IMG/VR virus record: IMGVR_UViG_3300036819_000070
DNA: 64,000 nt
Strand: one strand, 5' to 3'
From: a virus
Lineage: Duplodnaviria; Heunggongvirae; Uroviricota; Caudoviricetes
Shown: piece by piece, positions 8,274 through 17,105 of the stretch
Layout of the letters: the number at the start of each line of letters is the position of its first letter
Position numbering within the stretch: position 1 is the first letter of the stretch
Program-made: the position numbers and the translations under genes
The notes under the pieces: generated by a model
What the model saw: the letters and a program-made list of their open reading frames with translations, nothing else
Told to the model about the DNA's origin: nothing
Database searches by the model: none

Positions 8274-8337
8274 GATTATCAGTGATCGTTCGGTCGCTGT
8301 CAGCCACTGCCCGCAATGTCCGTTATAGGAGGTTCGC

Positions 8338-8805
8338 ATGAGCAAATCGGACACACCGGACAGAAGGGACGGACACCCCAGAGGGGACAGAAGGGACGGA
8401 CCGGACCAACGGGACGGAAGGGACGTACCGGGCAAAAGCGGCAAACGCCGCATTTCGCCCGAACCGCTCATTTCGCTCGATTCGTGGTGGCCGGGCGACG
8501 TGATCGGTTTGCCGGCCGAACCGCCGGCCGGGACGGAGCTGGAGGTGCGCGGCGGCGATCATAACGGGCGCCGGATCCAGCGCGGCGACGGCGGCTGGTC
8601 GGCGGGCGACGGTACGTGGTTTGGCGTTTTCCGCACGGTGGGGCCGGGGTCGGTGCCCGGTGTGACGTTCGTGGTGACTAAGGCGCCTACGCGGTGCGCT
8701 GGCTGCGACCGGTGGTTCGTTGGTCCTGCTCAGCAGCATTACCACGATGACAATTGTCGGCGCCGGTCGTCAAGAACACGCCATGGGCAACACCCGAAAA
8801 ACTAA
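8338..8805 (+). CDS. hypothetical protein with N-terminal RRDG-type repeats and Cys/His C-terminus
   Basis: GGAGG RBS before ATG; N-terminus encoded by tandem GGGACAGAAGGGACGGAC repeats (8352-8430); CAGCDRW...HYHDDNC. Confidence 0.5.
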   Translation: MSKSDTPDRRDGHPRGDRRDGPDQRDGRDVPGKSGKRRISPEPLISLDSWWPGDVIGLPAEPPAGTELEVRGGDHNGRRIQRGDGGWSAGDGTWFGVFRTVGPGSVPGVTFVVTKAPTRCAGCDRWFVGPAQQHYHDDNCRRRSSRTRHGQHPKN

Positions 8806-9044
8806 AGCATGCTTATTGTGCGCAGGAAAAGCATGCTTATTGGTACGCAGGAAAAAAAGCATGCTTTATGTTCGCGGTGGCTTGTGCTGGCAATCGCACC
8901 ATGTGTAGCCCCGGCAAAGGTCGTGGGTGTCGGATTCACACGCGTCGCAGACGAAGTTCAGGAAAAGCATGCTTTGTTTACTCCCCTGCCGAAAAGCATG
9001 CTTATTTGGCGCAGCAAAGCATGCTTATTTTGTTTTTTGGGGTG

Positions 9045-9116
9045 CGACTCTGACGGGATTCGAACCCGCGCCTTCCACCTTGACAAGGTGGCGCTCTCCC
9101 GTTGAGCTACAGAGCC
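9045..9116 (-). tRNA. tRNA-Asp (anticodon GTC)
   Basis: Minus-strand cloverleaf: acceptor GGCTCTG/CAGAGTC, D arm GCTC-AACGGGA-GAGC, anticodon stem CCACC/GGTGG loop TTGTCAA, T arm GCGGG-TTCGAAT-CCCGT, discriminator G, no encoded CCA. Confidence 0.75.
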
Positions 9117-9125
9117 AAAGCATGC

Positions 9126-9323
9126 TTATTCGGTGGCGTCTTCTGCTCGGCTGCCTTGCCACGCTGAAAAGTGCCCGGCGATGTTAGCCCACACGGACAT
9201 CAGCACGATCCACTTAATCGACTGGCTCCACCATAGCAGCGACGGAATCAGCAACAGCACCCACATGGTGGTGAGGGTCGCATGGACGTGACGCCACGTC
9301 CTGGCCTTCGGGACACTGAGCAT
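9126..9323 (-). CDS. small membrane protein, uncertain
   Basis: 65-aa ORF with hydrophobic core; its ATG is the centre of palindrome copy at 9319-9327. Confidence 0.25.
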   Translation of the reverse strand: MLSVPKARTWRHVHATLTTMWVLLLIPSLLWWSQSIKWIVLMSVWANIAGHFSAWQGSRAEDATE

Positions 9324-9406
9324 GCTTAGGCCTTTCGCTCAAAGCATGCTTTTGTTTGGCGGGGGAACCTACCGCGCTGGGCAGGTTCCCCCGGTTGCCC
9401 CGCGTC

Positions 9407-9598
9407 TTAGAGGATAGGGCCGGACAGGATGGGGCCGGGCCCGAGGTCGAGAACGGTCGCACAGTTAGCGATGTTCACCGAATGGGGCTGGGAGCAGCCA
9501 CCGTAGGTGTTGTTGTCGGCGAACGCTGCACCACTGCCGGCGAGGAGCAGGCCGGCGGCCAGTGCCGCAGTGCCGAATACCGCTGTGAGCTTGCGCAT
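9407..9598 (-). CDS. small secreted protein (signal peptide)
   Basis: Internal Met MRKLTAVFGTAALAAGLLLAGSGAAFA signal-like N-terminus; ORF 9407..9727. Confidence 0.45.
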   Translation of the reverse strand: MRKLTAVFGTAALAAGLLLAGSGAAFADNNTYGGCSQPHSVNIANCATVLDLGPGPILSGPIL

Positions 9599-9644
9599 CT
9601 GTTGTTCGTTTCCCTTCGTAGGTGGCCTCAGACTGCCGGGTGGG

Positions 9645-9791
9645 TTACTGCACCACCCACAGCACGAAGCCCAAGACCAGGAAGATAACGCCCAGTTCTG
9701 CCACCGCAGGATAGCGGGGCGAGGCAACGGGCATCATCGTGGTAACGGCGGTGAGGAAAACGCCGATGGTCAAACAGATCGTGGCGAGCAT
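9645..9791 (-). CDS. small hydrophobic peptide (48 aa), unlisted ORF
   Basis: MLATICLTIGVFLTAVTTMMP...; ATG 2 nt after stop of upstream small ORF. Confidence 0.3.
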   Translation of the reverse strand: MLATICLTIGVFLTAVTTMMPVASPRYPAVAELGVIFLVLGFVLWVVQ

Positions 9792-9793
9792 CC

Positions 9794-9904
9794 TTAGTGG
9801 ATGAACAGCAGGTAGGCGAGCCCTATGACAAGGTCAGCGGCGATCACGAACGTGAGTGCTGCCAGCGTTGCGATGCCTAACGCCAGGCCTGTGAGTCTCA
9901 CCAT
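9794..9904 (-). CDS. small hydrophobic peptide (36 aa), unlisted ORF
   Basis: MVRLTGLALGIATLAALTFVIAADLVIGLAYLLFIH; single TM helix. Confidence 0.3.
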   Translation of the reverse strand: MVRLTGLALGIATLAALTFVIAADLVIGLAYLLFIH

Positions 9905-9958
9905 GAAACGTAGAACGACCCGCCCCCGACGGTGGTGGTGGTCAGAAGGCGGGCCGTT

Positions 9959-10855
9959 TCACCCAAGGAGCCGGTGTCCAGTGGAGGGGACGGATACCGG
10001 CATCGACTCGGGCAAACTTTTCGGATCTTGCCGCACCGTATCCGGCGGATTCGGTTCCCGCAACTCCGTTACGGGCGCTTTGCTTTGGTGCTGGTAGCGG
10101 TTCCCCAACGCGGTGAGGACGTCACGGATCCGGTACAGGGGTGGGATGGTGTCGGGTACGGGCGCTAATCGGCCGCGCCGGACGTAGCCTCGGATCGTTT
10201 CGTAGGTGCATTTCATGCCGGTGGTTTGGAGGAATCCGGCGATCTCAACGGCGGTTCCGAGGTGGTCTTGGGCGATGTCGTGGAGCCACGCTTGACGCAC
10301 GGCGATGTCGTGTCGGGTACCGCATTGGGGGCAGGTCGCGTGGGTGTTCCACGGGACACCGTAGACCTCGTATCGGCAGTACAGGCCGGGGCTGAGTTCG
10401 GTGGCGCACGGGCCGAGGAACTGTCGGCGGTCGTCGGGCCGGTCGATGGCGTGGCGCGCGGCGTGGATGGCGATGGTGATCTCGTCAACGAGCTGGCCGG
10501 CGTCGGCGTGGACCCGGATCCGGGCGAGGTTGGCGACGAGCCAGCGGGCGACGTCGGCGGTGGGTACCGGCCGCGCGAAGTGGGCAGGGTTGAAGTCGTG
10601 GGCCCAGCTGGTGAGGGTGTGGTGGAGGATCCACGCGACTTCGGGGATGTGGGTTTTGAACGGCAGCGGGTTCTCACCGGAGCCGGGGCCGTTGCTGTAG
10701 GGCTTGCCTAGTTGGTCTTGCCGCGAGTAGGTGATTTCGAGGTTGCGTACCAGCGAGGGGACGTCAACGAGTTCGATGCGCAGGCCGATGGTGCAGTCGT
10801 TGCACAACACGACGATGCCACCGGCGGGCGCGCGGCACTTGACGCAGTACTTCAC
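9959..10855 (-). CDS. Zn-ribbon-containing hypothetical protein (possible DNA-binding)
   Basis: N-terminal CVKC...CNDC and C-terminal CPQC; basic GYVRRGRL segment. Confidence 0.55.
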   Translation of the reverse strand: MKYCVKCRAPAGGIVVLCNDCTIGLRIELVDVPSLVRNLEITYSRQDQLGKPYSNGPGSGENPLPFKTHIPEVAWILHHTLTSWAHDFNPAHFARPVPTADVARWLVANLARIRVHADAGQLVDEITIAIHAARHAIDRPDDRRQFLGPCATELSPGLYCRYEVYGVPWNTHATCPQCGTRHDIAVRQAWLHDIAQDHLGTAVEIAGFLQTTGMKCTYETIRGYVRRGRLAPVPDTIPPLYRIRDVLTALGNRYQHQSKAPVTELREPNPPDTVRQDPKSLPESMPVSVPSTGHRLLG

Positions 10856-11176
10856 GGCGCGTTGCCGCCCAGGTCGTCACCTGCGGGGCCGGCGCTGCGT
10901 TGCTGGTGCCAGCGGCGCAGGATCGCCCAGGCGGACTCAGCGGCGCGCTGGGCCTCAGCGTGGGGGGTTTGGGTGCCTTCGACGCAGAGCACGACGTGGC
11001 CGGGGGCTAGGCAGTGGGGTGGGGGGTCGGCGATGACGCACCAATCGGTGCCGGCTGTGGGGCCGCTCGCGACGTGGTAGGTGGGGGTGATTCCGGTGGT
11101 ACTGCCTGATCGGGGCATACCGGACATACGCCCCAGCGTAGGCCCCTTAGGGGGCGACGCTAAAAGGTGGCAACAA

Positions 11177-11221
11177 AAGCATGCTTTTTGGGCCGGGAAA
11201 GGGGACGGGAAAAGCATGCTT
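11177..11221. promoter_or_regulatory. Two more AAGCATGCTT palindromes (11177-11186, 11212-11221), 35 bp apart
   Basis: Exact 10-mers with AAAA/TTTT flanks in the intergenic gap between minus-strand genes. Confidence 0.5.
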
Positions 11222-11283
11222 GTTGGGTTGGCTACCCAACCGCTAAACCGGTCGGGGGTTGTCGCGGTTGGGTAGCCCGAGCG

Positions 11284-11748
11284 TTACTCTACCGGTTCGT
11301 CGGGTTCCGCACCTTGGAGATCTAGGGCGTGGTAGCGGATGGCCATAGCTGGGTATTCCTCACCGGAGCGGTGCTTCTGTCGGTCTTCTGCGGTGTCGGG
11401 GCACTGCACCAGGAATTGGACTTTGTGTCCGTTGCCGAGGGGTTCGTCGCACCCTAAACAGATCACGTTGTAGGCCGGGTGGTCGGGTTTCAACGGTGGT
11501 TCTACTGGGCCTTCGCGGGGCTGGCCGCGTGACCATAGGACGTAGCCGATGCTGGCCGGCGAGGCTGCGTCTCGGTGCTCTGCGTCCGGTTCGATGGTGA
11601 TCCGGAACCGTCCGGTCGCGAAGGCCGGTTGGACGGTCATCACGCTGGTGGTATTGCCGTGTTCCATTCGGGGGTCGAACCCGGCGGCTTTAAGTGCCGC
11701 CGCGACTTCCCGGGCAACGGTGTTGCTTTCATCGTCAACGTCAGTCAA
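11284..11748 (-). CDS. hypothetical protein
   Basis: 154-aa ORF without obvious antisense partner. Confidence 0.5.
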   Translation of the reverse strand: MTDVDDESNTVAREVAAALKAAGFDPRMEHGNTTSVMTVQPAFATGRFRITIEPDAEHRDAASPASIGYVLWSRGQPREGPVEPPLKPDHPAYNVICLGCDEPLGNGHKVQFLVQCPDTAEDRQKHRSGEEYPAMAIRYHALDLQGAEPDEPVE

Positions 11749-11801
11749 GTCGTACTACTCCCCGTTTCCTTCAATTCCAATATGGGCTGACTGAATCGAA
11801 T

Positions 11802-11892
11802 GGTGGAACGGGCCCATACACCCTGCTTCCACCGCACACGTTCGCCCGGTTTTAGGTCAGTGGAACGGGCCCATAACACCCTGCTTCCACCC
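11802..11892. repeat. Two direct copies of a ~33-bp stem-loop (GGTGGAAC-N17-GTTCCACC)
   Basis: GGTGGAACGGGCCCATACACCCTGCTTCCACC at 11802-11833 and GTGGAACGGGCCCATAACACCCTGCTTCCACCC at 11860-11892. Confidence 0.45.
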
Positions 11893-12055
11893 GCGTGTTT
11901 TCCGTTTTCAGTTGTCGTCCTGGGCGCTATACGTTTCACCTTCGTTCCGGTCGGCGTGGTGACTGCTCATACAGATCGCTAGACCGGTGGGCAGACCGAA
12001 CATGAATCCGAGTGCGAGTCCGGTCCACACGTTCCACATCATCAGCATCGGGCTA

Positions 12056-12295
12056 TTATCGCTCGCCCGAAGCCTCCCGCGCCGCCGCTTCTTCCGATTC
12101 TCTGATGGCGTCTCTGAGCATTTCGGCCAGCTCGCGACCGCTGATACTCATGGAAGCCACCTCAACGAGTCGTGGAGCGTGGACACCGCCAGTGAGTTTG
12201 ACGACTATCGCATCGAACGCTTCCAGTATTTGGCGGTAGTAGTCGTTCATTACCTCTTTCAGCTCGTGTTCCATCCGGGCCACGCGCTGTTCCAT
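12056..12295 (-). CDS. small coiled-coil hypothetical protein
   Basis: 79-aa helical, charged sequence; antisense ORF looks low-complexity. Confidence 0.45.
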   Translation of the reverse strand: MEQRVARMEHELKEVMNDYYRQILEAFDAIVVKLTGGVHAPRLVEVASMSISGRELAEMLRDAIRESEEAAAREASGER

Positions 12296-12462
12296 GGCGG
12301 CGGCGGCGGCCCGCTCAACGGCCTCGGGACCGGTGACTCCTTTGATTTCCCGCAGGACCCCCTAGTAGGTCACCTTGCACCCCTCGGGCTGTTGCGATGA
12401 GGTCCCGTAGTTCCGTTGTCGCTGCGGCGACCATCGCTGACTGGCCGGGTCGTGGTCCGGAT

Positions 12463-13029
12463 TTACCCATGCCCACCACCACCGATGGCGGCGAGCTGGT
12501 AGGCGACGATCGTGCACTGCTCTTGGACGTAATCCAAGGTCTGGTACACCGTGTCGTCGGATTGGACTGGCAGGTTCGCTATCAACCACTCAGGTGAACC
12601 CACTGACCGCAGCATCGCGGCCCGGCCTGGCGCGAAATCACCAGAGCCTTCGTTCCCGCAGTGAAACCCGCACCACCACACGACGTCATCCTCAGGCGCA
12701 GGCTCAGCCGCCACCGCTGCCAGCGCCAGCACGAAGGGCTGAGCGAAGACGCTCAGCCTGGTGAAGGTGATATCGCCATGGACGCGTAGGCGCGGGAAGT
12801 GCTCATCGTCGTGGGTGACCATGAACAGTGGGTGGCCTAGTCGCACACCGACGTAGCCGCACCAGAAACCCAGCTCGGTGTTGCGCAGGGCCAGGCACGG
12901 CAGTCGAGTGGCCACGTCGACCCACCGGATGGCGTCCGGTTCTTCGACCCATGGTCCAGCGCCCCACTCGACTGCCTTGACCTCTGCCGGTATGACTGTC
13001 CACGTTTGTGACGCTTCCAGTGTCATCAC
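12463..13029 (-). CDS. hypothetical protein
   Basis: 188-aa ORF. Confidence 0.5.
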   Translation of the reverse strand: MMTLEASQTWTVIPAEVKAVEWGAGPWVEEPDAIRWVDVATRLPCLALRNTELGFWCGYVGVRLGHPLFMVTHDDEHFPRLRVHGDITFTRLSVFAQPFVLALAAVAAEPAPEDDVVWWCGFHCGNEGSGDFAPGRAAMLRSVGSPEWLIANLPVQSDDTVYQTLDYVQEQCTIVAYQLAAIGGGGHG

Positions 13030-13065
13030 GTCTCGTCTCGTTCCCCGTTTCGCGCTACGTAGGGA

Positions 13066-13569
13066 TTAGACGGCGCTGAACGTTGGCACGTCTACGCGTA
13101 CCTCGCCGCCGTGGTGCTCGTGCTCGTGCTGCTCGTGCTGCGGGGGTTGGTTGGTGCTGCCGTCGGTGGACCCGTTCTGTGAGGCGGTGCTAGAGGTGCT
13201 GGAGCTGGTGGAGCTGGAGCTGCCCTCGTTAGCGTCCTTCCACGCGGCGAGGACGTTGACGGGGATCCGTCCACGGTCGGACACGGGGTAGCCATTTTCT
13301 CGAGCCCACTGCTTGATCCGGCGGTTCTGCTCCCGGTTGGCGGCGAGTTCCGCAGCGTCGGCCTTGCGCGCGGCGCTGCGGGTGGCGGGGGTGTCGATGG
13401 CCTTGCGGGCTGCCGAGACGTACTCGGCCAGCGCTTCATCGAGCTGGCGGGCGTTGTCGTCGGTCAAGTCGATCTCATAGGACACGCCGTCGAGCCCGAA
13501 CTTCTTGAGCTTCGCGCCGGAAGCGCCGCTGAGGTCATCGAGGGTGACGACGGTTTCTTTCCTAGCCAT
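13066..13569 (-). CDS. lsr2: Lsr2-like nucleoid-associated protein
   Basis: Internal Met with GGAGAG RBS; N-terminal dimerisation-like region; C-terminal IKQWARENGYPVSDRGRIPVNVLAAW matches Lsr2 DNA-binding RGR motif. Confidence 0.8.
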   Translation of the reverse strand: MARKETVVTLDDLSGASGAKLKKFGLDGVSYEIDLTDDNARQLDEALAEYVSAARKAIDTPATRSAARKADAAELAANREQNRRIKQWARENGYPVSDRGRIPVNVLAAWKDANEGSSSSTSSSTSSTASQNGSTDGSTNQPPQHEQHEHEHHGGEVRVDVPTFSAV

Positions 13570-13748
13570 GTTGTTGATCTCTCCAAATGTTCCGAGGGGT
13601 TGTATCGCGAATAGACGATCGCACGTTACAGCGCATGTGACAGGAGACAAGTCGGTGACCCAGTGCGTGGGTCACTCGACTTGATCTCGACTTCGCTGCG
13701 CAGTTGCTTATCACCGCTAAGGACGTAAGGGATCATCCTTTCAGGTGA

Positions 13749-14705
13749 TCAGCCCACTGCTCTCCAGTCTTCGGTGATCACCCGGCGGCGGGCGATCCAC
13801 GCACCGGGGATCGCCTCAGCGAGGCGTTCCGCGTCGGCCTGGTCAGGGGCGTCTGCCAGGTGCAATGGCTCTTTGTCGACCTCGCCGACCCGGAACACGG
13901 CCCACTCGAACCACCCGTCACCGACGATCGACGCGTCGACCACACTATTGGTGTCACACACGACGGTGTTACAACCCGGATCGTTATCCGAATTGGGCGC
14001 GTTCACCGGTTCCGCGTCCGCGTCCGGGGTCCACGGTTCGCCGTGGGTGCCCCGTAGGACGGTGACGCCGTCGACCCGAGCCAGGTCGGTGATCGCGTGC
14101 TCCGCTAGCTCGCAGCACGCGATGTCGGTTAAGTACTCGGGGCACGCTTCGATGATGATGTCGAGGAGGAGATCACCATCGATCTGCTGTTCGTTGCGGA
14201 CCGTCGTGGTGACCGACTCCTCGGCCAGCTCGTCACGTTGCTTGCGCGCTGCCCTGGCTGCGGTGAGCCAGTAGTCCCGCTGGGCGCGTAGGTCAGCGAG
14301 CGTCTCGTCCATCGCGCGGCGGGCTTCGATGCGCGCTTCGAACCCACCGGAGACCTTGCTGAGTTCGGTGTGTAGTTCGTCGCGTTGCCGGCGGGCTTCG
14401 GTGAGGTTGGTGCGGGCGGTGTCGAGCTGCCCGCGTAGCGCGGTGGCCACCCGGTGCAGGGCGTGCATACCGGCGTCGGTGTCGTCGCAGCTATCGATCG
14501 TCTGGATGAACGAGCTGAGCTTGTCGGCCAGGGCTTGCGGGTCGGTGTCGGCGGGCAACGTCAGGACGTGTCCGGCGGTGTGCCGGAACGTGACCAGATC
14601 GGACGGGTACGTGGTGGTGATCACTTCGAGCCTTTCCGTAGGCCGGTCAGGACGATCACGGTCAGGGCGACGATCCAGCCGGCTGGCCAGATCGCGAGCG
14701 CCCAC
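13749..14705 (-). CDS. coiled-coil hypothetical protein
   Basis: 318-aa ORF, long Arg/Glu-rich helical segment. Confidence 0.5.
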   Translation of the reverse strand: MGARDLASRLDRRPDRDRPDRPTERLEVITTTYPSDLVTFRHTAGHVLTLPADTDPQALADKLSSFIQTIDSCDDTDAGMHALHRVATALRGQLDTARTNLTEARRQRDELHTELSKVSGGFEARIEARRAMDETLADLRAQRDYWLTAARAARKQRDELAEESVTTTVRNEQQIDGDLLLDIIIEACPEYLTDIACCELAEHAITDLARVDGVTVLRGTHGEPWTPDADAEPVNAPNSDNDPGCNTVVCDTNSVVDASIVGDGWFEWAVFRVGEVDKEPLHLADAPDQADAERLAEAIPGAWIARRRVITEDWRAVG

Positions 14706-14847
14706 CGTTGGTTACCTGGCAGCGCGAGCCACACGACTAGCGCTGCCATCGGTGACGCACCGACCAGCAGGAACGCGACCGCCGATGCGAGTGCTATCGG
14801 TCTGGGTTGTTCCACCTCATCGGGTGGCCATTCCCGGCCGTTGACTC

Positions 14848-15087
14848 TCACTTGTTTTCCATGTTTTCCATGGAGAGCACGCTGAGCATCACGGCACGGT
14901 TTTTGGCATCCCACAGTTCGTTGAGCGCGGTGGTCAGTAGCTGGTCGTCGGGGAGCATCCCGATGAGTGTTTCGGCCAGCGCGGCGAACAGCGCGGACAC
15001 GTGCTGCAACTCCACGGGCAGGTGGTCGTAGCGGAACAAACGCATCGCGGCGATGGTGGCACGGTGACGCCCAGTCAAATCAATCAT
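14848..15087 (-). CDS. hypothetical protein
   Basis: 79-aa ORF in the minus-strand gene run. Confidence 0.35.
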   Translation of the reverse strand: MIDLTGRHRATIAAMRLFRYDHLPVELQHVSALFAALAETLIGMLPDDQLLTTALNELWDAKNRAVMLSVLSMENMENK

Positions 15088-15090
15088 TTG

Positions 15091-15561
15091 CTATTCCTGT
15101 TCGGTTGTGGTGTAGGGACGGCCTTCGAGGATCGCTCTGGCTGTGCCGGGTTTCCAACCGAGACCCAGCTCCATTCGGGAAAGGGTGCGGCTTTCATAAC
15201 GGGTCCGGTGAGCGTTTTCGATTCGCATCATGGTCTGGGTGGATGGCCCTCCCCTTTTCGCGATATCGTGTTGGGCGAGGCCGAGTTGGTTTCGGCGTTC
15301 GCGGACCGCTTCACCGAGGGCGAACCAGTCGGGGTCACCAACGGGATGCCCCTGCCGTGCCGGCGCAGCAGCGGACTGGGCGGTGTCGGGGTCTTCGAGG
15401 TAGCTGGCGAGCAAACGCAGAATGCCCCCCGCTATTCCCATGGTTGCGATGGTGTCACCACGATGGTAAAGCTCATTGGATTCAATTTTGATCGCGTCGT
15501 CTAACCAGTCCACGGCAGACCGGATCACCGACCTCATCTCACGCATACTGACGTTACTCAT
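15091..15561 (-). CDS. HTH (XRE-like) DNA-binding protein
   Basis: C-terminal LGLAQHDIAKRGGPSTQTMMRIEN helix-turn-helix. Confidence 0.5.
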   Translation of the reverse strand: MSNVSMREMRSVIRSAVDWLDDAIKIESNELYHRGDTIATMGIAGGILRLLASYLEDPDTAQSAAAPARQGHPVGDPDWFALGEAVRERRNQLGLAQHDIAKRGGPSTQTMMRIENAHRTRYESRTLSRMELGLGWKPGTARAILEGRPYTTTEQE

Positions 15562-15898
15562 TTTCGCGCGCAGCTCCCCGCAAAACGTTGTTGTAGGCCT
15601 CGGCTCGCATCAGAGCTCTACCTTCGGCTTCTATCCGTTCCATCAGGTTTTCCACGTTGACTTCCTCGACTTTGGGGTCGTGTCGGATTGTCTTTTCGTG
15701 GTCACCCCAGCGGGCCATGAGCCTGATACCGACTTCGGCGAGACCGGCGCCTTTAATGTCGGTGTAGGGCTCCCAGCGTGCGCGCGAGATCGCACGGATC
15801 TCGCGCGCACCCTGGATGCTCGTGGTCACCATCCACACGGTGAACGCGACAATCGCGATCAACGCCAGGCCGGTGAACGGATAGATAAGCCCTTTCAC
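15554..15898 (-). CDS. membrane-anchored hypothetical protein
   Basis: N-terminal TM segment LIAIVAFTVWMV; overlaps the downstream start. Confidence 0.5.
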   Translation of the reverse strand: MKGLIYPFTGLALIAIVAFTVWMVTTSIQGAREIRAISRARWEPYTDIKGAGLAEVGIRLMARWGDHEKTIRHDPKVEEVNVENLMERIEAEGRALMRAEAYNNVLRGAARENE

Positions 15899-16818
15899 TG
15901 CCCCGCTGGGACGCTCACGATCGACCCCTGCGGAACGGGGATGACCTTGACTTTGCCGTCGGCGATTGCTTGGGCGATAGCGGTTTGGATCTTGTACTGG
16001 GCGAGGCCGGCGAGACCACCGGGGAAGTTCAGTGCGGTGGCCTTATCGGTATTCGCGGTGATCGCGCGGAGGTTCGCTGCCTGGTTGTTCTCCAGTTCCG
16101 CTTTCAGGCCGCTGGGCAGGTCAGGCTTACCCAGCTGGACCTGGTTGATCACGAAGTGGCGGGCGCCGGCTTTCTGGTCGACCAGCGTTTGGAGTTGCGC
16201 CGCGACCTGGTTTTCCCAATCGATTTTCGCTGCCGCGTTGTTGTATAGATCTTCCCAGTTGAAGTTCAGCGCGGCGTTGTTCATCGCGATAGTCAACGGA
16301 CCGCCGACGTACAAAGCAACGTCATCATCCCAGCCTTGTGGTTGCGGTTCTCCACCATCGGTGGCGTACGCGTTAGTGTGCCTCCCAATGGTGTCGTGAA
16401 ATCGTTGAAGGAGACCACCGGGCCAGTTGTGAACCAGCACCGCCTTTTTGACGTTGGGATCAATCCGGTATTCCTTGTACGGAGTGCAGTCAGTGTCCAA
16501 CGTGAATGTGACGGAACCACTGACATACAGTTCTGTCTGGTTTTTCGTGGAAATCCGGATCGGTTTCGTTTGTGCGCCGTCGAGGTCGGAAAACGTCCAG
16601 GTCTGCTGACCGACCCGGTAGTAGTCGTGACTGTCGTTGGGGCTGTCCACTTCACGGACACCGGGGTCGATGCAATTCTCGAAGTCCTGTGAGCTGAACG
16701 GCCCACCGGAGTAGTGCAGCGCCTTCTGGCTCGGGTCAGGTGTCGCGACACTGCACGCGGTCACCATGGCGCAGGCCACCAACCCCGCCGCAGTGAGCAG
16801 GGTCCTACGGGTATTCAT
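15895..16818 (-). CDS. secreted lipoprotein
   Basis: Internal Met MNTRRTLLTAAGLVACAMVTACS with lipobox; GGGGGAAG RBS; ATGA overlap with upstream gene. Confidence 0.6.
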   Translation of the reverse strand: MNTRRTLLTAAGLVACAMVTACSVATPDPSQKALHYSGGPFSSQDFENCIDPGVREVDSPNDSHDYYRVGQQTWTFSDLDGAQTKPIRISTKNQTELYVSGSVTFTLDTDCTPYKEYRIDPNVKKAVLVHNWPGGLLQRFHDTIGRHTNAYATDGGEPQPQGWDDDVALYVGGPLTIAMNNAALNFNWEDLYNNAAAKIDWENQVAAQLQTLVDQKAGARHFVINQVQLGKPDLPSGLKAELENNQAANLRAITANTDKATALNFPGGLAGLAQYKIQTAIAQAIADGKVKVIPVPQGSIVSVPAGQ

Positions 16819-17105
16819 GTGCTTACTTCCCCCTCGGTTGCGCCGACTGCGTTTTCGCGTCGGTACTTGTTGGTGAAACGGGTGCGGTGCTTCTCGGCGA
16901 GTGGCCATAACCAGTGGCCTGGTTGCCACCTGTTCCATGTGCCCCCGCAATCAGGGCATGCCCAGAACAGGACACCGTCATAAACACCTTGGATTTCGAC
17001 ACCAATCAGCCGGGACCGCTGGGTTGCTCCCCCAGGCCGCTGGTACTCGGGTGCGATCGGTGCCCACAGGTCGGCACCGCAATGCGAACAGGGCTCAGGT
17101 TTCAT
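16815..17105 (-). CDS. Zn-ribbon hypothetical protein
   Basis: CSHC...CPDC cysteine pairs; stop overlaps lipoprotein start. Confidence 0.45.
   Translation of the reverse strand: MKPEPCSHCGADLWAPIAPEYQRPGGATQRSRLIGVEIQGVYDGVLFWACPDCGGTWNRWQPGHWLWPLAEKHRTRFTNKYRRENAVGATEGEVST

Larger units (their letters stand above)
8804..9351. promoter_or_regulatory. Cluster of 9 copies of 10-bp palindrome AAGCATGCTT with A-rich/T-rich flanks (operator/centromere-like sites)
   Basis: Sites at 8804, 8828, 8856, 8965, 8994, 9017, 9118, 9319 (9/10 match), 9342; pairs spaced 23-29 bp; tRNA-Asp flanked within 2 and 19 nt. Confidence 0.6.

Noticed and set aside
8067-8328. ORFs 8067..8285 and 8095..8328 (FGYRHMG/FGYRHPG repeats)
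   Set aside because: Periodicity comes from the three DNA iterons. They are mutually overlapping with no RBS, so I treat the region as regulatory.
8720-9187. Overlapping + ORFs 8720..8908, 8754..9053, 8809..9105, 8927..9187 with KHAYW/KACL repeats
   Set aside because: Their peptide repeats are simply translations of the AAGCATGCTT palindrome copies. They overlap each other and the tRNA-Asp gene.
13092-13439. 115-aa ORF antisense-overlapping the Lsr2 gene region (and 10213..10677, 10226..10711 over gene 9959..10855)
   Set aside because: Pro/Ser/Thr-rich or Gly/Val-rich low-complexity products in alternate frames of well-supported genes.
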